64,000 nt of DNA from NCBI RefSeq assembly GCF_963921235.1, contig NC_086097.1, positions 163,496,001 to 163,560,000 on the forward strand, in the 5' to 3' direction. The stretch is from Mobula hypostoma. Its lineage: Eukaryota. The notes beneath the pieces are model-generated. The model saw only the letters and a program-made list of their open reading frames with translations, was not told the origin of the DNA and did no database searches. Shown here piece after piece: positions 38,920 through 51,586 of this stretch (the stretch's first letter is position 1; each line of letters begins with the position of its first letter). Position numbers and translations under genes: made by a program.

Positions 38920-40110
38920 TCTCCTTGTGAAAGGGACCAATATCAGTTGCATCCTTTCCGTGATGTAATAAGGAGTCCTCATTAACCCTATTGTGGTATA
39001 ATTCTGAGTTAAGAGCCCACTAGTGTAAAACTTTAGTGCCCTCTTCTAATGTGCTCCATTGCACTTGGGGTTTCAAATTCCATTCAGTGAGAGAAGGATC
39101 TGAAATGTAACTGCAGCTGTTAATTGAACCCATAGTGATTCATTATGCTCAGGGGAATCAAGCAGCATTCTCAGGGCATTATAGGTCACATGTTCGGATG
39201 ATAGGCTCCCTAAAGCACCCACCTCTCTATCAGATAGGCTCCCTCTGGTACCCCCCTTATCCCATATCGTCAATAACCACATGGTCAAAGACCCTGCAAC
39301 CCACTGTCTGTACCTATCTCCTAAACTCACTAATTCCTTAGCGGAGAATTCTCTGAGCTCTGTTGTCTCGAAGGTGCCCATTGTACTATCCCCCACACAT
39401 CCCTGATCCTTCCCCTCCTGAAAGGAAGAAGCTGCAGGCCAATGCCGTCCACGGCGGGTGTGGGAGCGTGTGATCACTGGCCTGGCCTGCACTGTTTTGG
39501 ACACGCAGGGGAGAGGGTGATGATTTTGCAGATTAAACTGAGGGGTCCACACTACCCTCTCTCTCTCATTTCCATCATCCTGTCAGACAGCCCATCCCCC
39601 AACCCCACAGGAGGATCATCGCCCCACCTCATCAAGGCTTGAACCTTAACAGGATCGGGCTGCCAACCAGCTCAGCATGCTACTTCGAAGTGCTGTGGCT
39701 TCATTAGCTGACAAGCTATCTCGTATCCTCTCACATTCTTATCCTCTAAGTTTGCAGCTCGAGTTTGGGCCATCAACAATGATTTTCTCAGAACAGTACA
39801 GCGCTGACTTAATTTTTCCAATACATTCTTCAGACTCTGTATACTGATGTCTTGCAATCACTGCAAATAGCCAGAAAGCATCCCACCAGCTATCCTTTCT
39901 CCAGGGAAAACCCATCAATTTAAATATAGAAACAATGTGGAGTCCCATTTCACCCCCCAGTGAAATCTAACTGGTCTGACCAATCTATTGGCATTCCATA
40001 ACCCATCAGTAAGTTAGCAAGACATCCAAAGCCTGCACTGTTATCTGTTCACCGTGGGACTCTGCATCTCTCATATGGAGGTTCTCTTTTTTTAAATAAC
40101 CTTTTTAGGA
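38920..40110 (-). pseudogene. ERV-L/Fv1-like gag, decayed
   Basis: Ordered motifs: LANLLMGYGMPIDW; coiled coil (ORF 39672-39857); VKVQAL; FSAKELVSLGDRYRQ..WLLTIWDKGG..LSDREVGALGSLS (ORF 39073-39552; cf. ERV-L YTxKELxxFSNLYxQ..WILRVWDNGG); QWSTLEEG. Confidence 0.8.
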
Positions 40111-40135
40111 AATGCACTTATGCTTAAAAAGACAT

Positions 40136-40153
40136 ACCTGCTCGCAGCAGCGA
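40136..40153 (-). promoter_or_regulatory. Primer-binding-site-like motif (tRNA-Ser type, degenerate)
   Basis: tcgctgctgcgagcaggt directly after the 5' LTR; resembles the complement of tRNA-Ser 3' ends (TGGCGC[A/T]G[C/T]GAGCAGG). Confidence 0.55.
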
Positions 40154-40387
40154 GTGTGATGTTGAATTAGGTTTGCGGGTCTGGCAAGTGAGACAGGACA
40201 TGCTGACTTCAAATAGGTGCATTAATAATTTATTTACAAACAGTAAAAATTTGACTAATCATTCATGTTTACCAAGTTACGGAGGCTTCAACAAATGTAC
40301 TTAGTTAAAAGCATACACAGAGCTTAGCTTCCCATTGGTGACATGCACCACTTGCCTGAAGCAAAGGAAGAAGAGAACAAGCCAATC

Positions 40388-41240
40388 CAGAATCCGAATC
40401 AGGCTTATTATCACCAGCGTGTGACATGAAATTTGTTAACTTAGCAGCAGTTCAATGCAATACATAATCTAGGAAAAAAACCTGAAATAATATAATAATA
40501 AATAAGTAAATCAATTACAGTATACATATATTGAATAGATTGAAAACCATGCAATAAAACAGAAATAATATATGTTAAAAAAAGTGAGGTAGTGTCCATG
40601 GGTTCAATGTCCATTTTGGAATTGGATGGCAGAGGGGAAGAAGCTGTTCCTGAATTGCTGAATGTGTACCTCCTGGCTTCTGTACCTCCTACCTGATTGT
40701 AACAGTGAGTAAAGGGCATGCCCTGGGTGCTGGAGGTCCTTAATAATGGACGCTGCTTTTCTGAGACACCGCTCCCTAATGATGTCCTGGGTACTTTGTA
40801 GGCTCATATTCAAGATGGAACCAACTAAATTTACAACCCTCTGCAGCTTTTTTCGGTCCTATGCAGTAGGCCCCCAACCCCCATACCAGATAGTGATGCA
40901 GTCTGTCAGAATGCTGTCCACCATACACCTATAGAAGTTTTTGAGTGTATTTGCTGACATACTAAATCTCTTCAAACTCCTACTGAAGTATAGTCACTAT
41001 CTTGCCTTCTTTATAATGGCATCGGTATGTTTGGACAGGTTAGATCCTCAGAGATCTTTACATCCAGGAGCTTGAAACTGCTCACTCTCTCCACTTCTGA
41101 TCCCTCTATGAGGATTGGTATGTGTTCCTTCATCTTGCCCTTCCTGAAGTCCACAATCAGCTCTTTTGTCTTACTGACGTTGAGTGCCAGGTTGTTGCTG
41201 CGACACCACTCCACTAGTTGGCATAGCTCACTCCTGTACA
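40388..41240 (-). mobile_element. Rex1/Babar 3' fragment inside the ERV 5' LTR
   Basis: ORFs 41011-41241 (NNLALNVSKTKELIVDFRK) and 40604-40813. Confidence 0.9.
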
Positions 41241-41492
41241 TCTGTGCTGTATCTCAACAAATAAAAAAAAATAAAAGTTCATTAAAGTATGTAACAAACC
41301 TTTTAGATCCTCCCTTTCTCCAAGCAACTAAGAAAATTTATGAGATATACATTATCAAGAAAGTAGGCAGAGGATAAAAGGGAGGTGTAGATTAAGTGAG
41401 CAGCAAAGAACCAAAAAAAAATGTGGAAAAGCTTTTTCACAAAGTAAATGACAGTGTGTTAGAGTACTCTGCCTAAAAGCATGCAGACTCAT

Positions 41493-43004
41493 TAGAATTA
41501 GAATCAGGTTTATTATCACCGGCACTGGACGTGAAATTTGTTAACTTAGCAGCAGCAGTTCAATGCAATACATAATCTAACAGAGAGAAAAAAATAATAA
41601 TAAATAAAATAAAACATAATAAACAAGTATATCAATTACGTATATCAAATAGATTTTTTTAAATGTGCAAAAAACAGAAATAGTGTATATTAAAAAAAGT
41701 AGTGTCCAAAGCTTCAATGTCCATTTAGGAATCGGATGGCAGAGGGGAAGAAGCTGTTCCTGAATCGCTAGTGTGTGCCTTCAGGCTTCTGTATCTCCTA
41801 TCTGATGGTAACAGTGAGAAAAGGGCATGCCCTGGGTGCTGGATGTCCTTAATAATGGACGCTGCCTTTCTGAGACACTGCTCCCCAAAGATGTCCTGGG
41901 TACTTTGTAGGCTAGTGCCCAAGATGGAGCTGACTAGACTTAACAACATTCTGCAGCTTCTTTCGGTCCTGTGCAGTAAGCCCCCCATACCAGACAGTGA
42001 TGCGGCCTGTCAGAATACTCTCCACAGTACAACTATCGAAGTTTTTGAGTGTATTTGCTGACATGTCAAATCTCTTCAAATTCCTAATGAAGTACAGCTG
42101 ATGTCTTGCCTTCTTTATGACTACATTGATATGTTGGGGCCAGATTAATTCCTCAGAGATCTTGACACTGAGGAACTTGAAGCTGTTCACACTCTCCACT
42201 TCTGATCCCTCTATGAGGATTGGTATGTGCTCCATCGTCTTACCCTTCCTGAAGTCCACAATCAGCTCTTTTGTCTTACTGACGTTGAGTGCCAGGTTGT
42301 TGCTGCGGCACCATTCCACTAGTTGGCATATCTCACTCCTGTACGCCCTCTTGTCACCACCTGAGATTCTACCAACGATGACAATGGTTGTATCGTCAGC
42401 AAATCTATCGATGGTATTTAAGCTATGCCATGTCACTCAGTCATGGGTATATAAAGGGTGAAGCAGTGGGCTAAGCACACGCCAGTGTCGATCGTCAGCG
42501 AGGAGGAGATGTCATCACCAATCCACACAGATTGTGGTCATCCGGTTAGGAAGTCGAGGATCCAATTGCAGAGGGAGGTAAAGAGGCCCAGGTTCTGCAG
42601 GATTGTGCATATGATGGTATTAAATGCTGATCTATAGATGAAGAACAGCATCCTGACATAGGTGTTTGTATTGTCTAGGTGGTCTAAAGCCATGTGAAGA
42701 GCCACTGAGATTGCATCTGCCATTGACCTATTGTGGTGATAGGCAAATTGCAATGGGTCCAGGTCCTTGCTGTGGCAGGAATTCAGTCTAGTTCATGACC
42801 AACCTCTCAAAGCATTTCATCACTGTTGATGTGAATGCTACCAGGCAATGGTCATTAAGGCAGCTCACATTTTTCTTCTTAGGCACTGGTATAATTTTTG
42901 CCTTTTTGAACCAAGTGGGAACTTCCACCCATAGCACTGAGAGATTGAAAATGTCCTTGAATACTCCCACCAGTTGATTGGCACAGGTTTTCAGAGCCTT
43001 ACCA
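41493..43004 (-). mobile_element. Rex1/Babar RT fragment inside the ERV 5' LTR
   Basis: ORFs 42788-42970 (IIPVPKK..MKCFERLV), 42538-42753 ([14 protein letters not shown]), 41912-42436 (FADDTT). Confidence 0.92.
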
Positions 43005-43022
43005 GGCCCACATGCTATTTTA

Positions 43023-43357
43023 TTGAATGGTGAAAGGGCTTGATAGAATTGATGTAGAGAGTATGTTTCCTAAGGTGGGAGTGTCTAAGACCAGAGGGGG
43101 CATCCCTTTTGAATGGAGATGAGGAGGGATTTCTTTAGGCAGAGACTGGTGAATCTGTGGAATTCTTCACTACAGGTAGCTGGCGAGGCCAAATCTTTAT
43201 GTATAGGTAAGACAGCGGTTAATAGATTCTTGTTGGTCAGGGCATGAAGGGATACAGGGAAATTACAGGAGTTTGGGGCTGAGAGGAAAATGGGATCAGC
43301 CATGACGAGACTCGATAGCCCAAATGGCCTAGTTCTGCTCCTACGTCTGGTGGTCTT
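43023..43357 (+). mobile_element. CR1 3' fragment inside the ERV 5' LTR
   Basis: gggcttgatagaattgatgtagagagtatgtttcc...ggtgaatctgtggaattc...aaatggcctagttctgctcct. Confidence 0.8.
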
Positions 43358-44090
43358 ATACCCAGGATATCTGAAACTGTACACCAGGTGGCTAGGGTGG
43401 GAAAAGCAGTTGCAGTTTCTAAACTCACCAATCATAATGAAGTGACTTTCGACAGACAGAATAAGCCGCAACCCGCTCAGGACACAAGGGATCTTGATAA
43501 GATTCTGTTTGACAGTTTTTTCAAATACTTTTTGCTTTAAGTAACTAACTTACACCTCATTTGGGCTTCCTGTAGGAAGAATGGCTCAGGGTTTGGTGTG
43601 GTGGGATAAATGGTGTGATAGATCTGAATTTTCAGCATATCATATCCTTCTGGAGAGTAGGTGACAAAAGCAGAGCAGGCTAACTAAACCACGAGGTGTG
43701 TCCATATCCAAAATAACCAGCTATGGTTTAAATACAATGATTAATGCTGCAACATGAAATGGAGGGGGGTGGATTTGTACTATCACATTTGTTTAAGGTG
43801 TATAAAGACTTCCACATTCAAAATATTTATGAATCACAGTATCAGTTCGGAAACACCTGCCCTCAGTAGTATTGTTTACGATGTTTTCTGTGACTGTTAC
43901 TTGTATTTTGGTTTGAACTATGAATTTTCACCATGTTGATATTTGATTACTGTTGTCACATGCACTGAACATGTAACAAGGGTCTCCTTCGTCCTTCTAT
44001 ACAGGCCGTGCATCTCAAACAAATGTAAATGATGCATTTTTCACATGTGCCCTTGGGTTTGTATATTGTCAATTGTCCCAAGGTTTAATC

Positions 44091-44310
44091 ACAGCAAGAA
44101 ACAGGCAACTTGAGGAATTTGGTGGATTAGGCAGCATCTGTGGTGGCAAAGGAATAACAGATGTTTTAGTTTGAGAAGCTTGCACCAGTTTCTCATCCCA
44201 AATTGCTGACCATCTCTTTGCTGCCACAGATGCCATCTGACCCACCTAGCTTTCTTCCAGGAACTTGTGTTTTTGCATAATTTCCTTATGCCTGCAGTCT
44301 CTTGTGTTGC
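44091..44310. mobile_element. Degenerate inverted Penelope-like pLTR pair
   Basis: ggcagcatctgtggtggcaaagga versus tctttgctgccacagatgcc as inverted arms. Confidence 0.55.
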
Positions 44311-45104
44311 CAGCATTTATTGCTACAGTATGCCAATTTGCAGTAATGACAAATAATCTGTACTGTCACATTTGCGCACATTTATTCTGTTTTGTTCTGG
44401 TATGAAATTCATTTTAGAGTAAAGGTATGTGGTGTGGATGATTTGTTTAATTTGCACATAGTGAATTCAGAACAGTATGACTGGGATTTGTGGTGTTGTG
44501 AGAGAGATTTATGAATGCCTGCCAAAGACAGAGGTATAAATTATAAGAAGTTGCAATTGGAACAATCAGTATCCTAAAGCTGGAATATCCCCAGGACAAT
44601 TTTTTTCTGGTAGGTCTACTCCTGGTTAATTGTGCTGTTTCCATTCTTCAGTTATTTTAACCCTTGTGAGAGAGCCAGCAAAATCAACAACTCAAACACT
44701 GAAATAAGCCCACTGTGTCTGTGCTGACAATGATGTCGAGTTAAACCACACTCTCTCAAGTACAAGGACTTCACTCACCTCCTCGGATACCCCTGGCCGA
44801 CAAGAAAGGACTTTACTAGTATACTAAGAGCAAACCAGTAGTCATGCAGACTGTTGGTTCTCTTGAGGATCAGTGTGATGATCTACATGTGGAACTACAG
44901 GAGTCTTAAGTAAGAGCATAAGACAAAATGTGTCTAGTTGGTACACACTGTGTAGAAGGACTTGGCAGCTACTGAGTTCAGGGGAGTAAATCACTGATGT
45001 CCTGCAGCATTTCAACATTTCAAAGGGGGAAGTGTTGCAAATCTTGAAATGCATACAGCTGGATAAACCTCAGATCCTGACCAGATATATCCTAGGTTGT
45101 TATA

Positions 45105-45620
45105 AGCCCATAACACATAGGAGCAGAATTAGGCCATTCAGCCCATCAAGACTGCTGTGCCATTCCATCATGGCTGGTTTATTATTCCTCTCAACTCCAT
45201 TCTCCCGTCTCCTTCGATGCCCAGACTAATCGAGAACCTATCAACCTCTGCTTTAAATATACTCAGTAACTTGGCCTCCACAGCCATCTCTGCAATGAGT
45301 TCCACAGATTTACACCCCTCTGACTAAAGAAATTCCTCCTCATGTCTGGACTACATGGACATCCCTTTATTCTGAGGGATCTGGTCCTGGACTCCCACTA
45401 TAGGAAACATCCTCTCCACATCCACTCCATCTAGGCCTTTTAATATGTGATAGGTTTCAATGAGATCCCCCCTCATTCTTCTAAACATCAGTTAGTACAG
45501 GCCCAAAGCTATCATATGCTCCTCATATGTTAATCCTTTCATTCCTGGACTCATTTTTGTGAAACTCCTCTGGACCTTTTCCAATGCCAGCACATATTTT
45601 TCTTAGATAAGGGTTCCTTT
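45105..45620 (-). mobile_element. CR1 3' fragment
   Basis: cataggagcagaattaggccattcagccc tail and antisense ORF2 end. Confidence 0.8.
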
Positions 45621-45629
45621 GTCTATCTA

Positions 45630-46372
45630 CCTATTTTCTCAAAGAGGATGTGACTAAACACATTGATGAAGGTGGAGCCGTAAATGTAGTGTATATGGAT
45701 TTTATCAAGGCATTTGATGAGGTACCCCATGCAAGGCTTATTGAGAAAGTGAGGGGGCATGGGATCCAAGGGCACATTGCTTTGTGGATCCAGAACTGGC
45801 TTGCCCACAGAAGGCAAAGAGTGGTTATAGACAGGTCATATTCTGCATGGAGGCCGATGACCAGTGGTGTGCCTCAGGGATCTATTCTGGGACCCCTACT
45901 CTTTTTGATTTTTTTTTAAATGACCTGGATGAGGAAGCGGAGGGATGGGTTAGTAAATTTGCTGATGATACAAAGGTTGGGGGTGTTGTGGATAGTGTGG
46001 AGGGCTGTCAGAGGTTACAACGGGACATTGACAGGATGCAAAACTGGGCTGAGAAGTGGCAGATGGAGTTCAACCCAGATAAGTGTGAGGTGGTTCATTT
46101 TGGTAGGTCGAATATGATGGCAGAATATACTGTTAATGGTAAGACTTTTGGCAGTGTGGAGGATCAGAGGGATCTTGGGGTCTGAGTCCATAGTACACTC
46201 AAAGTTGCTGTGCAGGTTGACTCTGTGGTTAAGAAGGCATATGGTGCAATGGCCTTCATCAACCGTGGGATTGAGTTCAAGAGCCGAGAGGTAACGTTGC
46301 AGCTATATAGGACCCTGGTCAGACCCCACTTGGAGTACTGTACTCAGTTCTGGTCACCTGACGACAGGAAGG
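45630..46372 (+). mobile_element. CR1 RT fragment
   Basis: ORFs 45650-45919 (YMDFIKAFD, SGVPQGSILGP), 45784-46185 (KFADDTK), 46210-46392 (LVRPHLEYC). Confidence 0.92.
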
Positions 46373-46491
46373 ACCCCGGGCCAACAACTTAGAACATGAA
46401 TTCTACTGTTCTACCTGTGCCAGTACTCACTCAGATAACTTTCCAATTTACAACTCTGAAATAGGGGAACTCCATTGGTCAGAGGATCGAT

Positions 46492-46518
46492 CCTTCCTTC
46501 CTTCCTTCCTTCCTTCCT
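46492..46518. repeat. (CCTT)n microsatellite
   Basis: Direct inspection. Confidence 0.9.
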
Positions 46519-47989
46519 ATCCCTGGTGTAGGTGATTCTCCAGAGTTATCGCTGATAGCACAATTAGTGATCACCTCTGTTTTCATTCTTAGCAATTCAA
46601 ATGTAGCATTCCAGTACCATTGTCTGTAAGTCATGTGTCTGGCCTTCAACACCTTTTTATTGGCTCTGCTCCAGGACAGCATCCACTAATGCCCTCTTCC
46701 CAGCAAGTGACAATCAGTAATTCATCGCTCTTTGTTCTCAGTCAGCACAAGCTTGATTCATGCAAAACAGATACTGACCCAATAGTCAAAAACCTGGATG
46801 TTATATCCAATCAAGGAACATCTCACAAATAACTTCTTATTCGGAAATTATCTCCAGTCCAGCAGCTTACATGAACCATCACTGTGTCTTCACTGATCAA
46901 GCCAAGCAACTAACACATAAAATGGAGGACGTAAAAACAGATCCACAAAATGGCAGCCTCCATCTCCAAGCACACAGCAGAAACAAAGACAATTGATCTA
47001 TCTGCTTCCACTGTCCTTGACCCATTCAAGTTTGACATTTTCCTACATATTTCAAATCTACAAGGGCCAACAAGTAGTTTGCAGGCAACGCTGTAACTGG
47101 TGGCAAAGTGGACAGTGAAGAAGGCTATCGAAGGCTACAAAAAGGTGGGTGGAATTTAACTTGGACAAGTGTGAGGTGATGCATTTTGGAAAGTTAAAGC
47201 TGGAAATTAAAATCATCCACTACAATAACCATGTTTGTACTTTTTGCCATAATCTGCCCACATATCTGTTCCTCTAGCTCCTGAGAGTTATTCAGAGGGC
47301 TATAGTATCTTAGTGATGGAACCTTTTTTTGTTCCTGCATTCTACCTATATGACCTCACTGGATGATTCCTCCAAGATGTTCTCTCTTAGTGCAACTGTA
47401 GCATTCTCCCTAATCAGTAATCATCCCTTCGCTTTTACATCCCTCTCTGCCACATCTTAAACATCAGTACCCTGGAATATTGAACTGCCAGTTTTGCTTT
47501 TCTCTGAATCAGTTTTCTGTAATGGCGACAATATTATAGTTCCATATATCAGAGTCAAGGAGTCATAAAACATGGAAATGGGCTGTTAGACCCATGGTTT
47601 CCATACTCTGTCACCCAGCGAGCTAGTCCCGTCTGTCTGTGTTTGGCCCATAGTCCTCTAGATCTCTCCTATCCATGTACTTGCCTAAATGACTTTTAAA
47701 TATTGCTGATGTGCCTATCTCAACCACTATCCCTGGCAGTTCATTCCGAATATACACCACCCTTTAAGTGAAGAATCAGCTCCTGATGTCCCCTCTAAGT
47801 CTCTCACCTTTGATCTTAAACCTATTTTAAACTAATTCAGGCTCAAATGTCTTACTCACTATATTCCTTGCTTTAACATAAATGCACTTGAAGCTATCAC
47901 TCTTACAGTGTTCATTATCCTAGCTTTTCCTGTTTTCGCTGTTCCATTTACTTGACTTAACCTCTACTGAACCTTTAGCCAGCTATTCT

Positions 47990-48193
47990 CTCAAAATGCT
48001 GCAGGAACTCAGCAGACCAGGCAGCATCTATGGAAAAGAGTAAACAGTCGACATTTTGGTCCTGATGAAGGGTCTCGGCCCGAAATGTCGACTGTTACTC
48101 TTTTCCATAGATGCTGCCTGGCCTGCTAAGTTTCTCCAGCATTTTGAGTGTGTTGCTCAAATTTCCAGCGACTGCAGATTTTCTTGTCTTCAT
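47990..48193. mobile_element. Fold-back Penelope-like pLTR insertion with central hammerhead motif
   Basis: Arms ~47990-48057 and ~48083-48148; GGTC-CTGATGA-agggtctcggccc-GAAA-TG-TC-GACT at 48058-48093; TSD ccagctattct / ccagctactct (47979-47989 / 48194-48204). Confidence 0.85.
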
Positions 48194-48427
48194 CCAGCTA
48201 CTCTTGCTGTTTTTGAGGGTGCCTTTGATTCCTGATTCAAACGATAGTATTGGGAAAGGCCTATTGTATTGAACTCAGAAAATAGCCATTTAGCAGAAGC
48301 TATGGATTAGCTCTCCCAAAGTGGAGTGATACTGAGGGATACTCAAATGTAAAAGGAAAACACTGTTAATATTGCCAGTGGATGGCATGATCTCACCTCT
48401 TGCTACACCCTTTCCCCAGACAGCTTT

Positions 48428-48800
48428 TATAGAACATAGTACAGCACAGTACAGGCCCTTCGGCCCACAATGTTGTGCCGACCCTCAAACCCTGCCTCCC
48501 ATATAAGCCCTCACCTTAGATTCCTCCATATACCTGTCTAGTAGTCTCTTAAACTTCACTAGTGTATCTGCCTCCACCACTGACTCAGGCAGTGCATTCC
48601 ACGCACCAACCACTCTCTGAGTAAAAAACCTTCCTCTAATATCCCCTTTGAACTTCCCACCCCTTACCTTAAAGCCATGTCCTCTTGTATTGAGCAGTGG
48701 TGCCCTGGGGAAGAGGCGCTGGCTATCCGCTCTATCTATTCCTCTTATGATCTTGTACACCTCTATCATGTCTCCTCTCATCCTCCTTCTCTCCAAGGAG
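48428..48800 (-). mobile_element. CR1 3' fragment, relatively young
   Basis: Open ORF 48485-48796 ERRRMRGDMIEVYKI..TRGH..FFTQRVVGAWNALP. Confidence 0.92.
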
Positions 48801-50887
48801 TAAATGTAGACATTTGCACTACATTGTTTTCATTGTTACAATCTCACTTTCTCATTTACTGGTTTTCTGCGCTTAACTCCTGTTGTAAGCTGTAGCCCAG
48901 AACACTGATTCTCCCGGAGTTCCTCTGCTCAGTAATTGACTTGTATCCTGTTCTTTACAAAATGTCACCATTATTAATTTAAGAACATCATTGTGAAGAA
49001 AAACATAAATTAATAATGCCCTGACTGTATGTTGTTCAAACCAGTATCTCACAGTGAAAATTTTGAATGGGATGCAGTGAACTTAAAGTTCAAAGGGATA
49101 CTTTGAAAGGTTGAGCCTGGATGAGGTGAAAGGGATTTGTAGTTGAGAGCAGTGGGGCTACAAAAAAATCTATGGACACTAATTCATATAGAAGGGAAGA
49201 AAACAGTTTCACTTAGCAGCATCATGACCAATCGTTGTAACAAGGAGGAGAGAAGATGAAGATTAATATTAATCTTAGCTAAACTTGATCTGTTTCAGTT
49301 TTTGAGGTTGAATAGTTTGGGCAAGAGAGAGGACAGAGTGGCAGAGAGAGTTTTGGAGTTGATGTTTTGTCAAAAAGTAAGAGACTTTAAAATCCTTTTG
49401 TTTCCAACACATGACATTACTTGGTAATTGCAAACATGTCCCTTTGTAGGTTAGAAAGGATGAATGAGAATTCTCATCAGATATGGACAAAAGTATGGAT
49501 TAGGCAATAGGCAAAATAACTAGAATGGGATAGGCAGAGGATCAGAAGTGAAGTATCAGGTTTCTGTTTTATTCTGCAGATCATTCATGCAGCTTTGAAC
49601 ACCTTAAACGTTTACAAAGTAATTACTTTAGTTCATTTCATTTGATTGTGATGTAAATAATTAATTGGATTGCCTCTTACCTGCACAGAGCTGAACCATT
49701 TGTCCGATTCTTGCCCTTCAAATTCTTCTCAACTCTGTTTTTGATTTCTGAGGCGTTCTTGGCCAAATGTTGAGATGATGTTCTTTAAGAAATCTATGTT
49801 ATGAGCATACCAAAAGAGCATCTTCCTGTTGGAGATCTCTGTCACTTAATGAGCCCGGTTAACTTTCCCGCATTTGCATTCAGAAATTTTCTCTTTCATT
49901 TTTATTCTCTATAAATATTTGTTGTGGTTATTTTGCCAGCATTCTAGTATTCATTAAGATGGAGAAAAATTATTGTTGGCCAAGTGGATTTTTGTGCTTA
50001 ATGGCCTTTATTTTGCAAGTAAATCCATCAAAGGTTACTTGAAACCTCAAGATATTCTTACTGATACTTCTCAATGATGATTCCTGCTGATGAGGTAATG
50101 CTTAGATATTACAGTTGTCCTTGGATGGATAATACACAAACGAGCAAGATTAGCCATTGTTGGATCATTGCTTCCTGCAACAGTAATAAAAAGTGCCATT
50201 ACAAGACACTTAAGTAATATGTTTCCTATTTACTTGTTATGTTTTATTTCACCTGGGTTACGTCTTTTGTATTGTTATTGTTACTCTAAAGAGAAATGAA
50301 TTTAGAATCCATTAGTAATTAGGCTTGTAACTTCAGCACCATTGAGGCTGTGCATACAGGGTCAAAGTAACCTAGAACAAATTGAAAAGGAGTTTTCAAT
50401 GAAAACTACTTCTGAGGTCCTTTGAACAATTTGGCTTGGCTCAAGTCCATTGGGTGGCAACTTGTTGCTCTCCAAAACCCCACAAAAGCTTGGTTTACCT
50501 CACTATTTTGGAAGATGATGAATCAATTATGATGACTCCACTAGTTTATTGAGGAGTTGAAGCTGAAGACAGGAAATATCCCTTCAGTAATGGAATTTGG
50601 AAACTTGCACAGTTGGATGGAATAAAAAAAATTGAAATGCAAGGTACAAAAAAGGGCTTTTGCTGCCTTACCAAAAATAGCTTTGAGATAGTTCCACAGG
50701 TCAGATTATTTTAAAAAAATGACATGGGAAAGAATTCATTCTAATTAGAAAGGAGGAGAGTGGATAAAACTGAGCTGTATGGATCAGGAAAAGTTCCTCC
50801 TCCGACACCAACATCTAACTCTGCCTGAGTGATGAGGTAGTTAGTAGTATGGTTTCTATTATGAATTTGTATTCAAGTCTGACTTTT

Positions 50888-51142
50888 GGGGTAGCACAGT
50901 AGTGTAGTGGTCATCATAATGTTATTTTAGCTCCACCAGTCTGAGCTCAATTCCTGCCACTGTCTGTAAGGAGTTTGTACAGTCTTCACATGACTGTGTG
51001 GGTTTCCTTCAGATGCTCCGATTTCCTTCCACGTTCAAAAGGATAATAAGTTAATTGGTTAATCGGGTATAATTGGGCAGTGTGGGTGCATTGGGCTGGC
51101 AGAGCTTGTAACCATGTCGTATCTCCAGATAAATAAATAAAA
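50888..51142 (+). mobile_element. V-SINE (HE1-like)
   Basis: tRNA head, V domain tgtaaggagtttgtac..gtgggtttcc, (taaa)n tail. Confidence 0.8.
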
Positions 51143-51509
51143 GTAATGTAAAGTCTATCCCCACTGCTCAGTCATTCACCTAAATGACTAAAAATAATAT
51201 TAAGGATATGCTTTGTGAAAGAAATTAGATGGAGAAGGGGTCATTTATGGTTTAGTTAGCCTTAAGATGGATGATGACTTTCATTGATAATGTTTCCATC
51301 ATTAAGTAACCAACCAACACTGTCATCTAATGAATGGCAATTTGGCCCAGGTACCCAAGAGTTGCCAATTGTCACTAAAATTGTAGTCCTGCAACTGTTA
51401 CAATAACAAGAGACGTTGGAGGAAACTAAGAAATAAAGTGATAAAATATTGCAGGCAAAGCATTAAGGTGTGTCAGAATGAACAGAGGTTCTGACAATGG
51501 CTGGAAAAC

Positions 51510-51586
51510 ATAGTTTTAAATCATTTTTATGCCATGGACTGCTACCATTAACCAAGGGGTTTGTGGACCCCAGGCTGGCACCACCT
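51510..51586. mobile_element. Possible tiny hAT-type MITE remnant
   Basis: ttttatgccatggac..ccattaaccaagggg..tgtggaccccagg..cctg; recognised from memory only. Confidence 0.3.

Larger units (their letters stand above)
37691..43484 (-). mobile_element. Class III (ERV-L/ERV-S-like) endogenous retrovirus, pol-deleted
   Basis: 5-bp TSD caagg (37686-37690 / 43485-43489); 5' LTR 43484-40155 (TGTCCT...CATCACA, interrupted); 3' LTR 38021-37691; PBS-like and PPT motifs; gag and env remnants. Confidence 0.85.
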
